From positions 12,011 to 76,010 of the IMG/VR virus record IMGVR_UViG_3300028607_003725: DNA of 64,000 nt. One strand, 5' to 3'. The position numbers and the translations under genes were made by a program. Positions 8,951-17,988 of the stretch are shown here, piece by piece. Numbering within the stretch: position 1 is the first letter of the stretch; each line of letters begins with the position of its first letter. The notes beneath the pieces are model-generated. The model saw only the letters and a list, made by a program, of their open reading frames with translations, was not told where the DNA came from and did no database searches. This stretch comes from a virus.

Positions 8951-11900
8951 AATAAATGATATAGAACAAGAACCAATATTTTCTCCTACCTATAAAGATC
9001 CGGAGAGAAGGGCATTAAGCTTAGGTATTCTTTTATCTCTTCCTACATTATTAGGAATAGTACAAAGTAGAGCTAAATTAATAAAAGGTGGTGTCTTTCA
9101 GAGTATGGCAGGTTTTGGTTCAGGAGCGAAGGCCAAGAGTGTACTACTTAAACGGATTGAGGCACTAGCTAATACTCGGCAAGCCGCTCTTGGTGAAATT
9201 GGTTCCTCAATCTCAGAACAACTTAAGGCAAATACTGATTTAATAAATAATCTTATTAGTGATCATAGTGCTGCAGAATTACATTTTGGAATTGCGGGTG
9301 GTCGTCCTTATAAAGTTACTGGACCGGGTAGCTTGTTACAACAGGAGCTATTCACAGGATCAGCCACCTGGGACACTGCGCAGCATAATCTATTAATAAA
9401 ATCGAAGGACGTAGCTCATGCTAAGTATAAAACTGCGCTAAGTGATTGGTGGTTTGGTAATATGCAATTTACAGATAAAAGAGGAGCTTATGGGCAGGTC
9501 CGGGACAGTATCCTCTCTTTTCAGGGAAACTATCTGAAGCATACTCCTCGTAAATTGGAGGAGTATCTTGTAAATGTTCACGATGTTGTGCATAGAATAT
9601 TATTACCGAGATGGCAGAATGGGTATGCTCCAGGAACATCGTATGATATAAATTTAAAAGGCGCATTAATTGAAAAAGATATTCCTATACATAAAGATTT
9701 AGTACAGGCAGCTAATGACTTGGCTGAAGCCCGAAGAAAGCTTGCTGACTTTCATGGCAATTATCAATGGTCAGGAGAACAAGTACATAAAAGATTAATA
9801 GAACTTGCTGCACAAGAAACTAAATCCCAAATAGGTGAGGGTTCTGGTTTTGGACCTTGGAGTAAACCTTCGAGATTTTCTGCATTCGATAAGGGCGCAT
9901 TAAATCCTGAGTTTATGTCTATGTTAAAAAATGATGAGTCGTATCGTCTAAATTTTTATAAAAACTTAGAAGCTCTTTATAATAGAGTAAAAGGGAATAC
10001 AATAAATCTTCCTCCTTGGGCAACAGGGGTTTCTAGTGAAAATCCATTTATTTTAAGTGATACGATGACTGCGGAATCTACTGACTTTAGAAATAAGTTA
10101 TTCCCAGGTAGAGAAAATTATAGTTTTACAAATGCCTCGGTAACAGAATTAACAGAAAAATTAGAAAGCAGAAATACTGGTTTAACTAAAGAACAAATGA
10201 AACATGTTTTGAGTCCGGAGAGATGGGGAGCTTATCATGACTTTCATAAAAAATCATTCGAGAGCATTGATCCTGTTTTTGCTGAACAGGTCCATGGACA
10301 ACGAGGAAAAGCCCAACATCTAATAGCAGTAAGAGATTCTTTTCAAGCAGAAGTTAATAAGATAAAACGGAATGTAGTTGACCTGCTCAGTATGGAAAGA
10401 ACATCAGGGAATCCAGCATACACTGCCCATATAGAGGCTTTAGCAGAGGCAGCAGGTATGGAGAGAAATCAGTATATTACTTTTATAGAGGGGTTAAAAA
10501 TAAAAGCTGAAATTGGAGCTGATCTTAGCGGAAGAATGCCCTTTAAACATGCTAAGATTATAATCATCAGACCAGGACATACACCCATTCCATTAAACAT
10601 TCCATTATCAGAATATGGAGCTTTTTTACCAAAAGCAAATTCTAAAATAAACACTTCTCCTTTGTTTTTAGATGCATTTGTACAGCCTACCATACAAAAT
10701 CTTACATCTATAGATGTAGCTATGATGAAAAAAATGCAAGTTAATGTTTCACATTATTTCAGAGATCTAGTACAGTCAGGGTATCAAAGTTCTGAAAAGG
10801 TACAGGGTCTTCATAAAAGTTATTGGGGATCATTTACGTCACTAGTACATACTGAAGTTGCTGGAATTAATCAGAACTTTTTTAGACGACAGAAAGTAGT
10901 TTCTTCAACTCTGGATATCCTAAGAGGTGCAGTAAAAGAAAGTGGAGTAGGATCAAGAAGATGGTACGCTAAGTTTACTGCAGGCTGGGAAGCATTACAA
11001 GAGATACAAAATATAAGTAAGAGACAATCCACAATTTTAGGTTTAGATTTTGAATTCAATGCTTCTAAAACCTTAGGCTTTGATGCAATTCAAGGACTAG
11101 TGGCAAAGGAAACTACTCGTCCTTATCAGGCTGCTTATCAAATAACTAGAGGGTCTAAAAAACAATTATTTAATCATTGGATTAGACCAGATAACTGGGA
11201 TAATATACGGAATAATGTAAAACGATTTATGATTCAACAAGAAGGTATGGGGGGAATGATTGAGTATTCTAAATTAGAGGCTATAATGCAAGGAGCACAG
11301 GATCCTCTTTCTAAAGGAGAGGCAGTTGTAGATTTTAGTATTGGATTTGATGAGCAGGAGAAAAATTGGAGATTTTTTACCGATGAACAAAAAATAGATA
11401 AATCTATATTTAAAAAAGGATCTATTCAATCTGTTAGAGTTCATACGGAAGCCGGTTCTTTTGTTGAAATAGCTAGAGAAATATTTAGATCACCTGATGG
11501 AGGTATCAAGTTTTTAACTCATGGAGGAGAAGAGGCAGATCTTATCTTATGGAATAAAAGAATAACTGGTATATTAGAAGAAATTAAACGAGGAAGAGAC
11601 TTTGGCATAAGTGAGGGTGAGATAGGGTTGCTAAAAAGATTACATAAGGAAACCTCATTAACTAGTTTGTTAGCAAGAGGAGCATCTTTTGATACCCACT
11701 CAATGGCAATGGTTGTTTTAGCAGAGGAGGCAGGCAGCACTAAGTTTGGATTAACTGATATTTTTCATAAGCTTCTTACCTTATCTGTAGATACTAAATT
11801 AGTTACTAGAGATGACGTAAGTAATGCTTTGAAAGCAATTGGAGGAGAAATAAAAGAGGGAAAATTGACAAAAGCAGGTAAAGCTGCATTAAAGGAATTT

Positions 11901-14900
11901 CCATTAACCGTACGTAATTCAATAAAACAACATATTCAAGCAAGTCCTCATGTTGTAAAAGAGCTATTATCTATGGGATTAGCAGGGCATCATAATCCGG
12001 CCTTTGATAATATGATTACAGATTTCAATTCTCTACTGTCAGTACAGCATTATCAAAGAACAAAAATTTACAATCCAGAACTGTTTACTCGATGGGTACA
12101 AGCATATGAGGTTGCTAAACGAATAACAACCGGAAGATCGTTATCTTCGTTCCAGGCTATAGACGTAGTCAGACAACATGAAATGTTTGATCCTGATAGA
12201 ATAAAAAGAGAGGGTGAATTTAAATTATCTTTATTTGGTGGAACTCCTGCATCAGCCGCACAAGCTCATGGCTATTTAACTGGACCAGAAACCTATTTGC
12301 CTTTTGGAAGATTAGCTAATTTACAGAAGCAGACTCAACAAGTTATGAGTGGAAGATTACTTCCTACTTTAGATTATACGGCAAGTAAAGATGTTATGAT
12401 TGAAACAGCTAAACCTATTTTAGGCCATAGACTGTTAAGTACATCTCAACAATTTTATGCTGAGGAAGATGCAAGGCTGGGAGTGTCTGCTAATAGATTT
12501 GGACTACAAGTAGCGCCCTCAGACCGAGGTGCACCTGGTCTTACTACTAGACGTACTTTATCCGTACTCTATTTATTAGGAGATAATAGAATTGTAGGAG
12601 AGGACTCTGGGCTTTGGGCTAGCAAAGAAGCTATGAAAAATGCTATTAATTTTCCTAGAAGCGCTTTTGAGGCAGTAAAGGTAGATATTCCAACAGGATT
12701 GCTTAGTAGTACAAATTTAGATAAAATGAATATGTCTCTTTATGATTTTATGCAGTCAATAGGTATTAGCGAAAGAGTTATAGAAATAACAAAGCGTAAA
12801 ATAGGAGAAGATATGTCGCTTAGGGCCTTTATAGAGGCCCATAGTCAGCAAGGTGGAGTTGCAAAAGAGCTATATAGTTCTGAAGAAGCTATAATTAGGG
12901 AAGCTACTGAACATTTTAATAAAACAGGAAAGGACTACATAAGACCTGGAGATCATATAGCGATAGGAAAAGGTCCAGTAAATTTACAAGTAGAACAGAC
13001 CGGTCAAAGATTAACTACTATTACTAGAAGTCCTATTAGTAATCCATTTAATTCAGATGCTCTTATAAAATCTATCACTTATGATACTGAAAAAAATCAA
13101 TTTATATTTAATCTTCTAGGAATAAGTAGACCTAGTATTTCTAAGTGGACATTTCAATTAAAGACAGCAAAGCCAATGCTAGTTGGGGTTGCTAACAATA
13201 CTTTAGTAGGAAAAGGAATTGATTTAATAGTTGCAATGAAAAAACCGGATGCTGCTCAGACGTTAAACATTCAAATACGTAGAGTATTACAGCATATGTA
13301 CAGAGAACGACTACCAATAGAGGTACAAGTAAAGAGAATGAAAGAAGTTCTGATGAAATCATTTAATTTGGATTCTGCAGAGCTAGATGCTATGTTTACT
13401 ATTCGCAAAAGTCCTATTTTGGATGCTAGTCAACGAGAATTATATAAGAGTTCGTTTTTAGCTACTGTTGAATTGAAAGATCCAACTGTTGCAAAGTTAG
13501 ATAGTACTAATATTTATCCTAAAGTAGCTGCTCTATTAAAAGAGCAAGGTTTAACTATTAGAAGTATGCAAAAGATTTTTGTTGAGCAACATGCCGATGT
13601 CTTACAAGAAATATTCACTGATCTTAAACTTCCTGAAATTAAATCAGAACTTAGTAGTTTATATAGAAAAGCTATAAATTTACATAAAGAAAGCTTAAAT
13701 AAATGGATAAAATCTAATCAACATATGAATATTGCAGGTCACGAGGGGTTTCATAGATTTATAGCTGCATCAAAAATGAGAGAAATATTAGGGAAGGGCT
13801 TGGCTTTTCACGACATGGCACTACTACCAAACAGAAGTGCTATGTTAGATGTATTAAATAAAAATAAGCAGCTAGGGCAAAGGCAAATACTTAAAGATGT
13901 TTTTACAAAAATAACAGAGCATGAAGTTGTAAATGAAATGTTCTTTGCTAATGCAGCATTTTTAGTTGTTGATGAAGGAGTTTTACTGGAAGATTTATCT
14001 GATGTATCTAAATATAAAGGTACACTTAAGAATTTTTACGATACCCCTACGCAGAAATCAGGAAGTTTTTCTTTATGGGAGATGTTAGTACGGATGGAGG
14101 CAGTTAAGGGCTCTAAGTTTGCTAATAAGTATATGATTCCTGAAATGATATCCTCCATGGGTTGGTATAATACTAATATCAGTTCATCATTAAGTGTTCA
14201 TAGTAAGTTTCTAGATATGTTAAAGGAGGGGTACAATGCTCCTTCTACTATAACTAGTGATCAGATTTATACCCCAGGAATGGCGGCCTTAGGACACGAT
14301 ATATCTATTTATAGATCTTCTATGCTAGGTGTATCGGAATTAGATGAATTAGTTAAAGAAGGTCTTTTTATTAAAAAAGATATAGAAGTTTTATTAAGTG
14401 ATTCTAAACTAATGCTTATTTTGAAGCAACAGTTAGGTGAGGCTTTTGTGGATAGTCATGAGTTTCAGACAAGAAGAGAATCATATATATCAGCGTTACG
14501 AGATCGTATTCAACGAGGTACAGGAAAGGGTTTTCTTTCTGGGGAAAACTTAGGTAAGATGAATATATTTAAAACAGATAAAGGTGTCAATTATATTAAA
14601 TTTGGTCTTCCTGATATAATGGCTGCTATTGAAAAAAGTGAATCTATCAGCCCTGAATTAAAAACACGCTTAAGAAAAACAGATTTATTTAGAAATGAGA
14701 AAAGTGTATTCTTTTCAAAACTAAGAGTTGCTCTGGAAGGAGTAGAAAGTAATCAAATGGAACGCTCTATGTTAGCCAAAATAGATTGGCTTAATGTTGA
14801 CAAAGGATTTCCTAATACTGCATTAGAAGATACATTAGCGAAACTAGAAGTTGCACTATCTGATCATGATAATCCTAAGAAACTTAGAGATCTTTTAGTT

Positions 14901-17780
14901 AATTTAGGAGAGCTTAAGGCGAGCTCAGCTTCAAAGCTGAAGGACAAGAACCTATGGGAACTTGCTAATAACTATAAACAAAGAGTAGTTTCTGGCCGAG
15001 AAGGACGACTAGCAGAAGTAATGTTTCCTCATTTAAAACATGAGTTTCCATTACCAGTAGGAGATCAGTATCTAATTACAGATGAAAGTGCTGCAAAATT
15101 AAAAGTAGCTAGTGCTATAGAAAGTTATCAAACACAAATAGATAAAATTGTAAAAGATCTTGAGCAAGAAGGAAGATCTCTTAAATCCTATGAAATTAAT
15201 GATAGGCTTTCTGAAATACAATCTTCCCACGAAGCATTTATGAGGAAGTTAGCTACAGGCCATATTAGTGCATTGAAAGGATTATCAAGTGCATCCTGGA
15301 AAAGTCAAAGAGCTTATGCTCCAATTATGTATGCCAAAGCAGTGGATGTTGGTATTTTATTAGAGCAAGGACTAGGTGGACTATTAGCTGACATCAAAGA
15401 TAAAAACATAAAAGGAATGGATATAAACTTCTTTGATAAGAAGATTGCATCCCCTAGCAATCCTATAATGGAAGCTATTAGAAGTAATAAATTTAGAACA
15501 CTCATTAAAGAAGCTCTTCTTTATCAGGGTAGTGATCCAACAACCGGTGAAGCTATTCTCAGCCTGGTAGGGGAAGAAGAAGCTAGAAATATACAAAGAT
15601 TGTCTTCTGAAATATTCAAACACTCTAAGGACAGCGTTACCTGGGGTGAATATTTAGGAAATATTTTAGGAATAGAACATAAACTAGGACTGAGTAATAA
15701 ACTTTTGAATAATTTATCATTATATAAGGAGATAGGTACAACAGGTTATAAGCATTACTTTGCTAAAGGTTTTGGTATAGGCGAAGGCATTATGTCCCAT
15801 AGTATGTTTGCATCCTTTCTTGAAAAAGGAAATCCAGGAGCTTTATCCATGGTACGGAAACCAGACTTGTTTAGAAGTGTACTAGCGGGTAAGTCTCCTA
15901 TTAGAGAGATGTTTGCACGAGCTCCTTTATTTGAGAACTGGTTTGGTGCACGGTTACGTAATGTTTACTTAATGCCTGATAAAATTTTTGAGCAGATGCA
16001 CCTTGATCCTAGAGATACTAAACGAATGGTGGCTGTGAGTGCACTGGATATCTTTCTACACGGTGGTGACTTTGATGGGGACTTGGCTAATTTTATGATA
16101 AATAACTCTAGTATGTATCGTAGAGAGTATTTTGGAAAAGATGCAGCATGGACCGGAGAAGTTAATGATGTGCAAAGAGTTAAGCAATGGTTGAATTTTA
16201 GAGTGCAACAAGCCGGTAGGGGTGCTCTTACAATCCAGGGACAGGACTATATTGGAATAGAAGAAACAGCAGATGGAAGACTACTTGTTCGGCACGATTC
16301 TAAGGAAAAGTTTGATTTTACTAAAAAAATGGAATTTTTAACCGAACAGATGGATGATCCTATGAAAAACATGTCTCATGCTGAAAAAAATAGAGTGTAT
16401 ATGGTACAACAAGTACTAACACCTGTCTTTGGACAAAAAGCAAAAATGTTTCATCATTCTTTTCTTCCTACAGGTGGGATTGATCCTGCAATGAAAAACG
16501 AAGTAGTGCAACGTATACAGGAAACTATACGGAAACATTATAAAGATCCTAAAATTTTGCAGGATTTGTTAACTGAATTAGGACATTTACAAGATATAAA
16601 ACCGTTGTCTCATGCTGAGTTAAAACTACAAGCTTCAAGGTACTTGGATAGTATAACTAATGCATGGGAAAGACTCCAACGAGAATCAACAATACCTTTA
16701 TATGAACAAGTTATAACACAAGATGGAACTAAGCAAAACCCTAAAATTTCAACTACAGTAAGACCAGGTACTATGAAGAAATCACGATTTGCTATGTTCT
16801 TTGATTGGCACAATAAGGCCATGATCCACGGTGTCCCAATAGAGAAAGCGAAAGCAGGACAACTTAATGATTGGTATAATATGACTGTTCAGTTTTCAAA
16901 GTTAATGTCTGGAGACAATCTTAGAGATACTAAGAATATTCATAGGTATTTCTGGGACACAAGTCCATTTACAGAGCTTAATCTGAGCACATGGTTTGTT
17001 AATCCAGGAGCGGATCATGGTATTCCGGAACATAAAGTATTGGAGATACAAGGCTTAGCGTTTATGGAAACACAAGAGACGTTTGAAGATATAATGAGAC
17101 TTAAGCAAGCGGAGCGAGCTGTGTCTAAATCTTCTCTTCTCGGAGGACTTAAGTCCGCAGCATACTGGACGCTTTCAAAAAATCCTAGAAATGCAATATA
17201 TGGAGCTCAGGTTGATCTATTAAGTGAGCAGAAAAATTGGATACACAGCGGACTGACTTCTTTGCTTGGAGTTGAACGAGCTGGTATGATTACAGATGCA
17301 GAAAGTGCGGCGTTTTTTACTATGCGATCATTTGAAGAAAGAATGGCCGGAAATAGGGCCGGTACAGAATCAATGATTAATTGGTTAAAACAGTATATGT
17401 CAGAAGGAAAAATAAATAAATGGGGAAAGAGAGCATCCGTAGGAGTTCTGGCAGCGATCTTATTTGATCCAAATGCAAATTCTTTATTGCTTCCTGATTT
17501 AGAAGTTAATGGGGAAAAATATGACATACCTTCATTTAGGGAGCTAAGTAAATCTTACAGGAATAGACTCATGAAGATCAGAAGTACCTCCCCTCCTGTA
17601 ATAGATAAACTTCTTAGAACATTTGGTTTACCGAATAGTGTTGGTGCTCGAGCTGTGCACGGACCCCCTTTACCTCCTAGACCTAATAGGGTCTCGTACT
17701 CTTATAGAGAACGTAGAGATAAAATATTAGGTATTAAAGAATATGCCAGAAAAGTTAATGGTATAATGTTAGGACAATAA
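8943..17780 (+). CDS. Giant virion protein 2 (2945 aa): putative single-chain two-barrel RNA polymerase fused to a DEDDh exonuclease
   Basis: GGDFDGD (D2376/D2378/D2380) preceded by VRKPDL. Beta-like GEDSGLW, IRPGDHIAIGK, SKWTFQLKTAK and GIDLIV occur in the order found in RpoB. DEDDh motifs upstream. Hydrophobic segments near both termini. Confidence 0.72.
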   Translation: MARINDIEQEPIFSPTYKDPERRALSLGILLSLPTLLGIVQSRAKLIKGGVFQSMAGFGSGAKAKSVLLKRIEALANTRQAALGEIGSSISEQLKANTDLINNLISDHSAAELHFGIAGGRPYKVTGPGSLLQQELFTGSATWDTAQHNLLIKSKDVAHAKYKTALSDWWFGNMQFTDKRGAYGQVRDSILSFQGNYLKHTPRKLEEYLVNVHDVVHRILLPRWQNGYAPGTSYDINLKGALIEKDIPIHKDLVQAANDLAEARRKLADFHGNYQWSGEQVHKRLIELAAQETKSQIGEGSGFGPWSKPSRFSAFDKGALNPEFMSMLKNDESYRLNFYKNLEALYNRVKGNTINLPPWATGVSSENPFILSDTMTAESTDFRNKLFPGRENYSFTNASVTELTEKLESRNTGLTKEQMKHVLSPERWGAYHDFHKKSFESIDPVFAEQVHGQRGKAQHLIAVRDSFQAEVNKIKRNVVDLLSMERTSGNPAYTAHIEALAEAAGMERNQYITFIEGLKIKAEIGADLSGRMPFKHAKIIIIRPGHTPIPLNIPLSEYGAFLPKANSKINTSPLFLDAFVQPTIQNLTSIDVAMMKKMQVNVSHYFRDLVQSGYQSSEKVQGLHKSYWGSFTSLVHTEVAGINQNFFRRQKVVSSTLDILRGAVKESGVGSRRWYAKFTAGWEALQEIQNISKRQSTILGLDFEFNASKTLGFDAIQGLVAKETTRPYQAAYQITRGSKKQLFNHWIRPDNWDNIRNNVKRFMIQQEGMGGMIEYSKLEAIMQGAQDPLSKGEAVVDFSIGFDEQEKNWRFFTDEQKIDKSIFKKGSIQSVRVHTEAGSFVEIAREIFRSPDGGIKFLTHGGEEADLILWNKRITGILEEIKRGRDFGISEGEIGLLKRLHKETSLTSLLARGASFDTHSMAMVVLAEEAGSTKFGLTDIFHKLLTLSVDTKLVTRDDVSNALKAIGGEIKEGKLTKAGKAALKEFPLTVRNSIKQHIQASPHVVKELLSMGLAGHHNPAFDNMITDFNSLLSVQHYQRTKIYNPELFTRWVQAYEVAKRITTGRSLSSFQAIDVVRQHEMFDPDRIKREGEFKLSLFGGTPASAAQAHGYLTGPETYLPFGRLANLQKQTQQVMSGRLLPTLDYTASKDVMIETAKPILGHRLLSTSQQFYAEEDARLGVSANRFGLQVAPSDRGAPGLTTRRTLSVLYLLGDNRIVGEDSGLWASKEAMKNAINFPRSAFEAVKVDIPTGLLSSTNLDKMNMSLYDFMQSIGISERVIEITKRKIGEDMSLRAFIEAHSQQGGVAKELYSSEEAIIREATEHFNKTGKDYIRPGDHIAIGKGPVNLQVEQTGQRLTTITRSPISNPFNSDALIKSITYDTEKNQFIFNLLGISRPSISKWTFQLKTAKPMLVGVANNTLVGKGIDLIVAMKKPDAAQTLNIQIRRVLQHMYRERLPIEVQVKRMKEVLMKSFNLDSAELDAMFTIRKSPILDASQRELYKSSFLATVELKDPTVAKLDSTNIYPKVAALLKEQGLTIRSMQKIFVEQHADVLQEIFTDLKLPEIKSELSSLYRKAINLHKESLNKWIKSNQHMNIAGHEGFHRFIAASKMREILGKGLAFHDMALLPNRSAMLDVLNKNKQLGQRQILKDVFTKITEHEVVNEMFFANAAFLVVDEGVLLEDLSDVSKYKGTLKNFYDTPTQKSGSFSLWEMLVRMEAVKGSKFANKYMIPEMISSMGWYNTNISSSLSVHSKFLDMLKEGYNAPSTITSDQIYTPGMAALGHDISIYRSSMLGVSELDELVKEGLFIKKDIEVLLSDSKLMLILKQQLGEAFVDSHEFQTRRESYISALRDRIQRGTGKGFLSGENLGKMNIFKTDKGVNYIKFGLPDIMAAIEKSESISPELKTRLRKTDLFRNEKSVFFSKLRVALEGVESNQMERSMLAKIDWLNVDKGFPNTALEDTLAKLEVALSDHDNPKKLRDLLVNLGELKASSASKLKDKNLWELANNYKQRVVSGREGRLAEVMFPHLKHEFPLPVGDQYLITDESAAKLKVASAIESYQTQIDKIVKDLEQEGRSLKSYEINDRLSEIQSSHEAFMRKLATGHISALKGLSSASWKSQRAYAPIMYAKAVDVGILLEQGLGGLLADIKDKNIKGMDINFFDKKIASPSNPIMEAIRSNKFRTLIKEALLYQGSDPTTGEAILSLVGEEEARNIQRLSSEIFKHSKDSVTWGEYLGNILGIEHKLGLSNKLLNNLSLYKEIGTTGYKHYFAKGFGIGEGIMSHSMFASFLEKGNPGALSMVRKPDLFRSVLAGKSPIREMFARAPLFENWFGARLRNVYLMPDKIFEQMHLDPRDTKRMVAVSALDIFLHGGDFDGDLANFMINNSSMYRREYFGKDAAWTGEVNDVQRVKQWLNFRVQQAGRGALTIQGQDYIGIEETADGRLLVRHDSKEKFDFTKKMEFLTEQMDDPMKNMSHAEKNRVYMVQQVLTPVFGQKAKMFHHSFLPTGGIDPAMKNEVVQRIQETIRKHYKDPKILQDLLTELGHLQDIKPLSHAELKLQASRYLDSITNAWERLQRESTIPLYEQVITQDGTKQNPKISTTVRPGTMKKSRFAMFFDWHNKAMIHGVPIEKAKAGQLNDWYNMTVQFSKLMSGDNLRDTKNIHRYFWDTSPFTELNLSTWFVNPGADHGIPEHKVLEIQGLAFMETQETFEDIMRLKQAERAVSKSSLLGGLKSAAYWTLSKNPRNAIYGAQVDLLSEQKNWIHSGLTSLLGVERAGMITDAESAAFFTMRSFEERMAGNRAGTESMINWLKQYMSEGKINKWGKRASVGVLAAILFDPNANSLLLPDLEVNGEKYDIPSFRELSKSYRNRLMKIRSTSPPVIDKLLRTFGLPNSVGARAVHGPPLPPRPNRVSYSYRERRDKILGIKEYARKVNGIMLGQ
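11034..12020 (+). other. DnaQ/DEDDh 3'-5' exonuclease-like domain with insertions
   Basis: ExoI LGLDFEF (D702,E704), ExoII-like FLTHGGEEADL (D866), FDTHSMA, ExoIII HNPAFD (H1017-x4-D1022). Confidence 0.65.
12560..13250 (+). other. RNA polymerase beta-like (RpoB-type double-psi barrel) region
   Basis: GEDSGLWAS (E/D at 12600-12605; cf. RpoB FEDSILVS), IRPGDHIAIGK (12939-12971; cf. GDILVGK), K1401..K1407/K1410 (cf. GDKMAGRHGNK), GIDLIV (cf. PVDIVL). Confidence 0.55.
15843..16100 (+). other. RNA polymerase beta'-like catalytic region
   Basis: MVRKPDL (R2305; cf. NRAPTL) and HGGDFDGDLANF (DFDGD at 16068-16082; cf. NADFDGDQM). Confidence 0.78.
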
Positions 17781-17781
17781 T

Positions 17782-17988
17782 ATGAGACGAGTAGTTGAAA
17801 TAACTCTGCCTACTATTCCCTACGATAAGGATATTTCTGATATAGTAGGTTATCTCCGAATGGTGCTGTCTGAATTAACAAAAACATCTGTAGAAATCCA
17901 AATAAATGATATAGATTTTACAAACAAAATTGGTGTTTTTAATAATAATCGACGTCGTTCATTCCCTAATAGACAAAATAATATATAA
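17782..17988 (+). CDS. Small hypothetical protein (68 aa) resembling the C-terminal end of polyprotein 1
   Basis: Starts 1 nt after the preceding stop and overlaps the next start (TAATG). Shares DIS..L-x2-VL-x9-IQ-[VI]-N with 8792-8860. Confidence 0.6.
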   Translation: MRRVVEITLPTIPYDKDISDIVGYLRMVLSELTKTSVEIQINDIDFTNKIGVFNNNRRRSFPNRQNNI

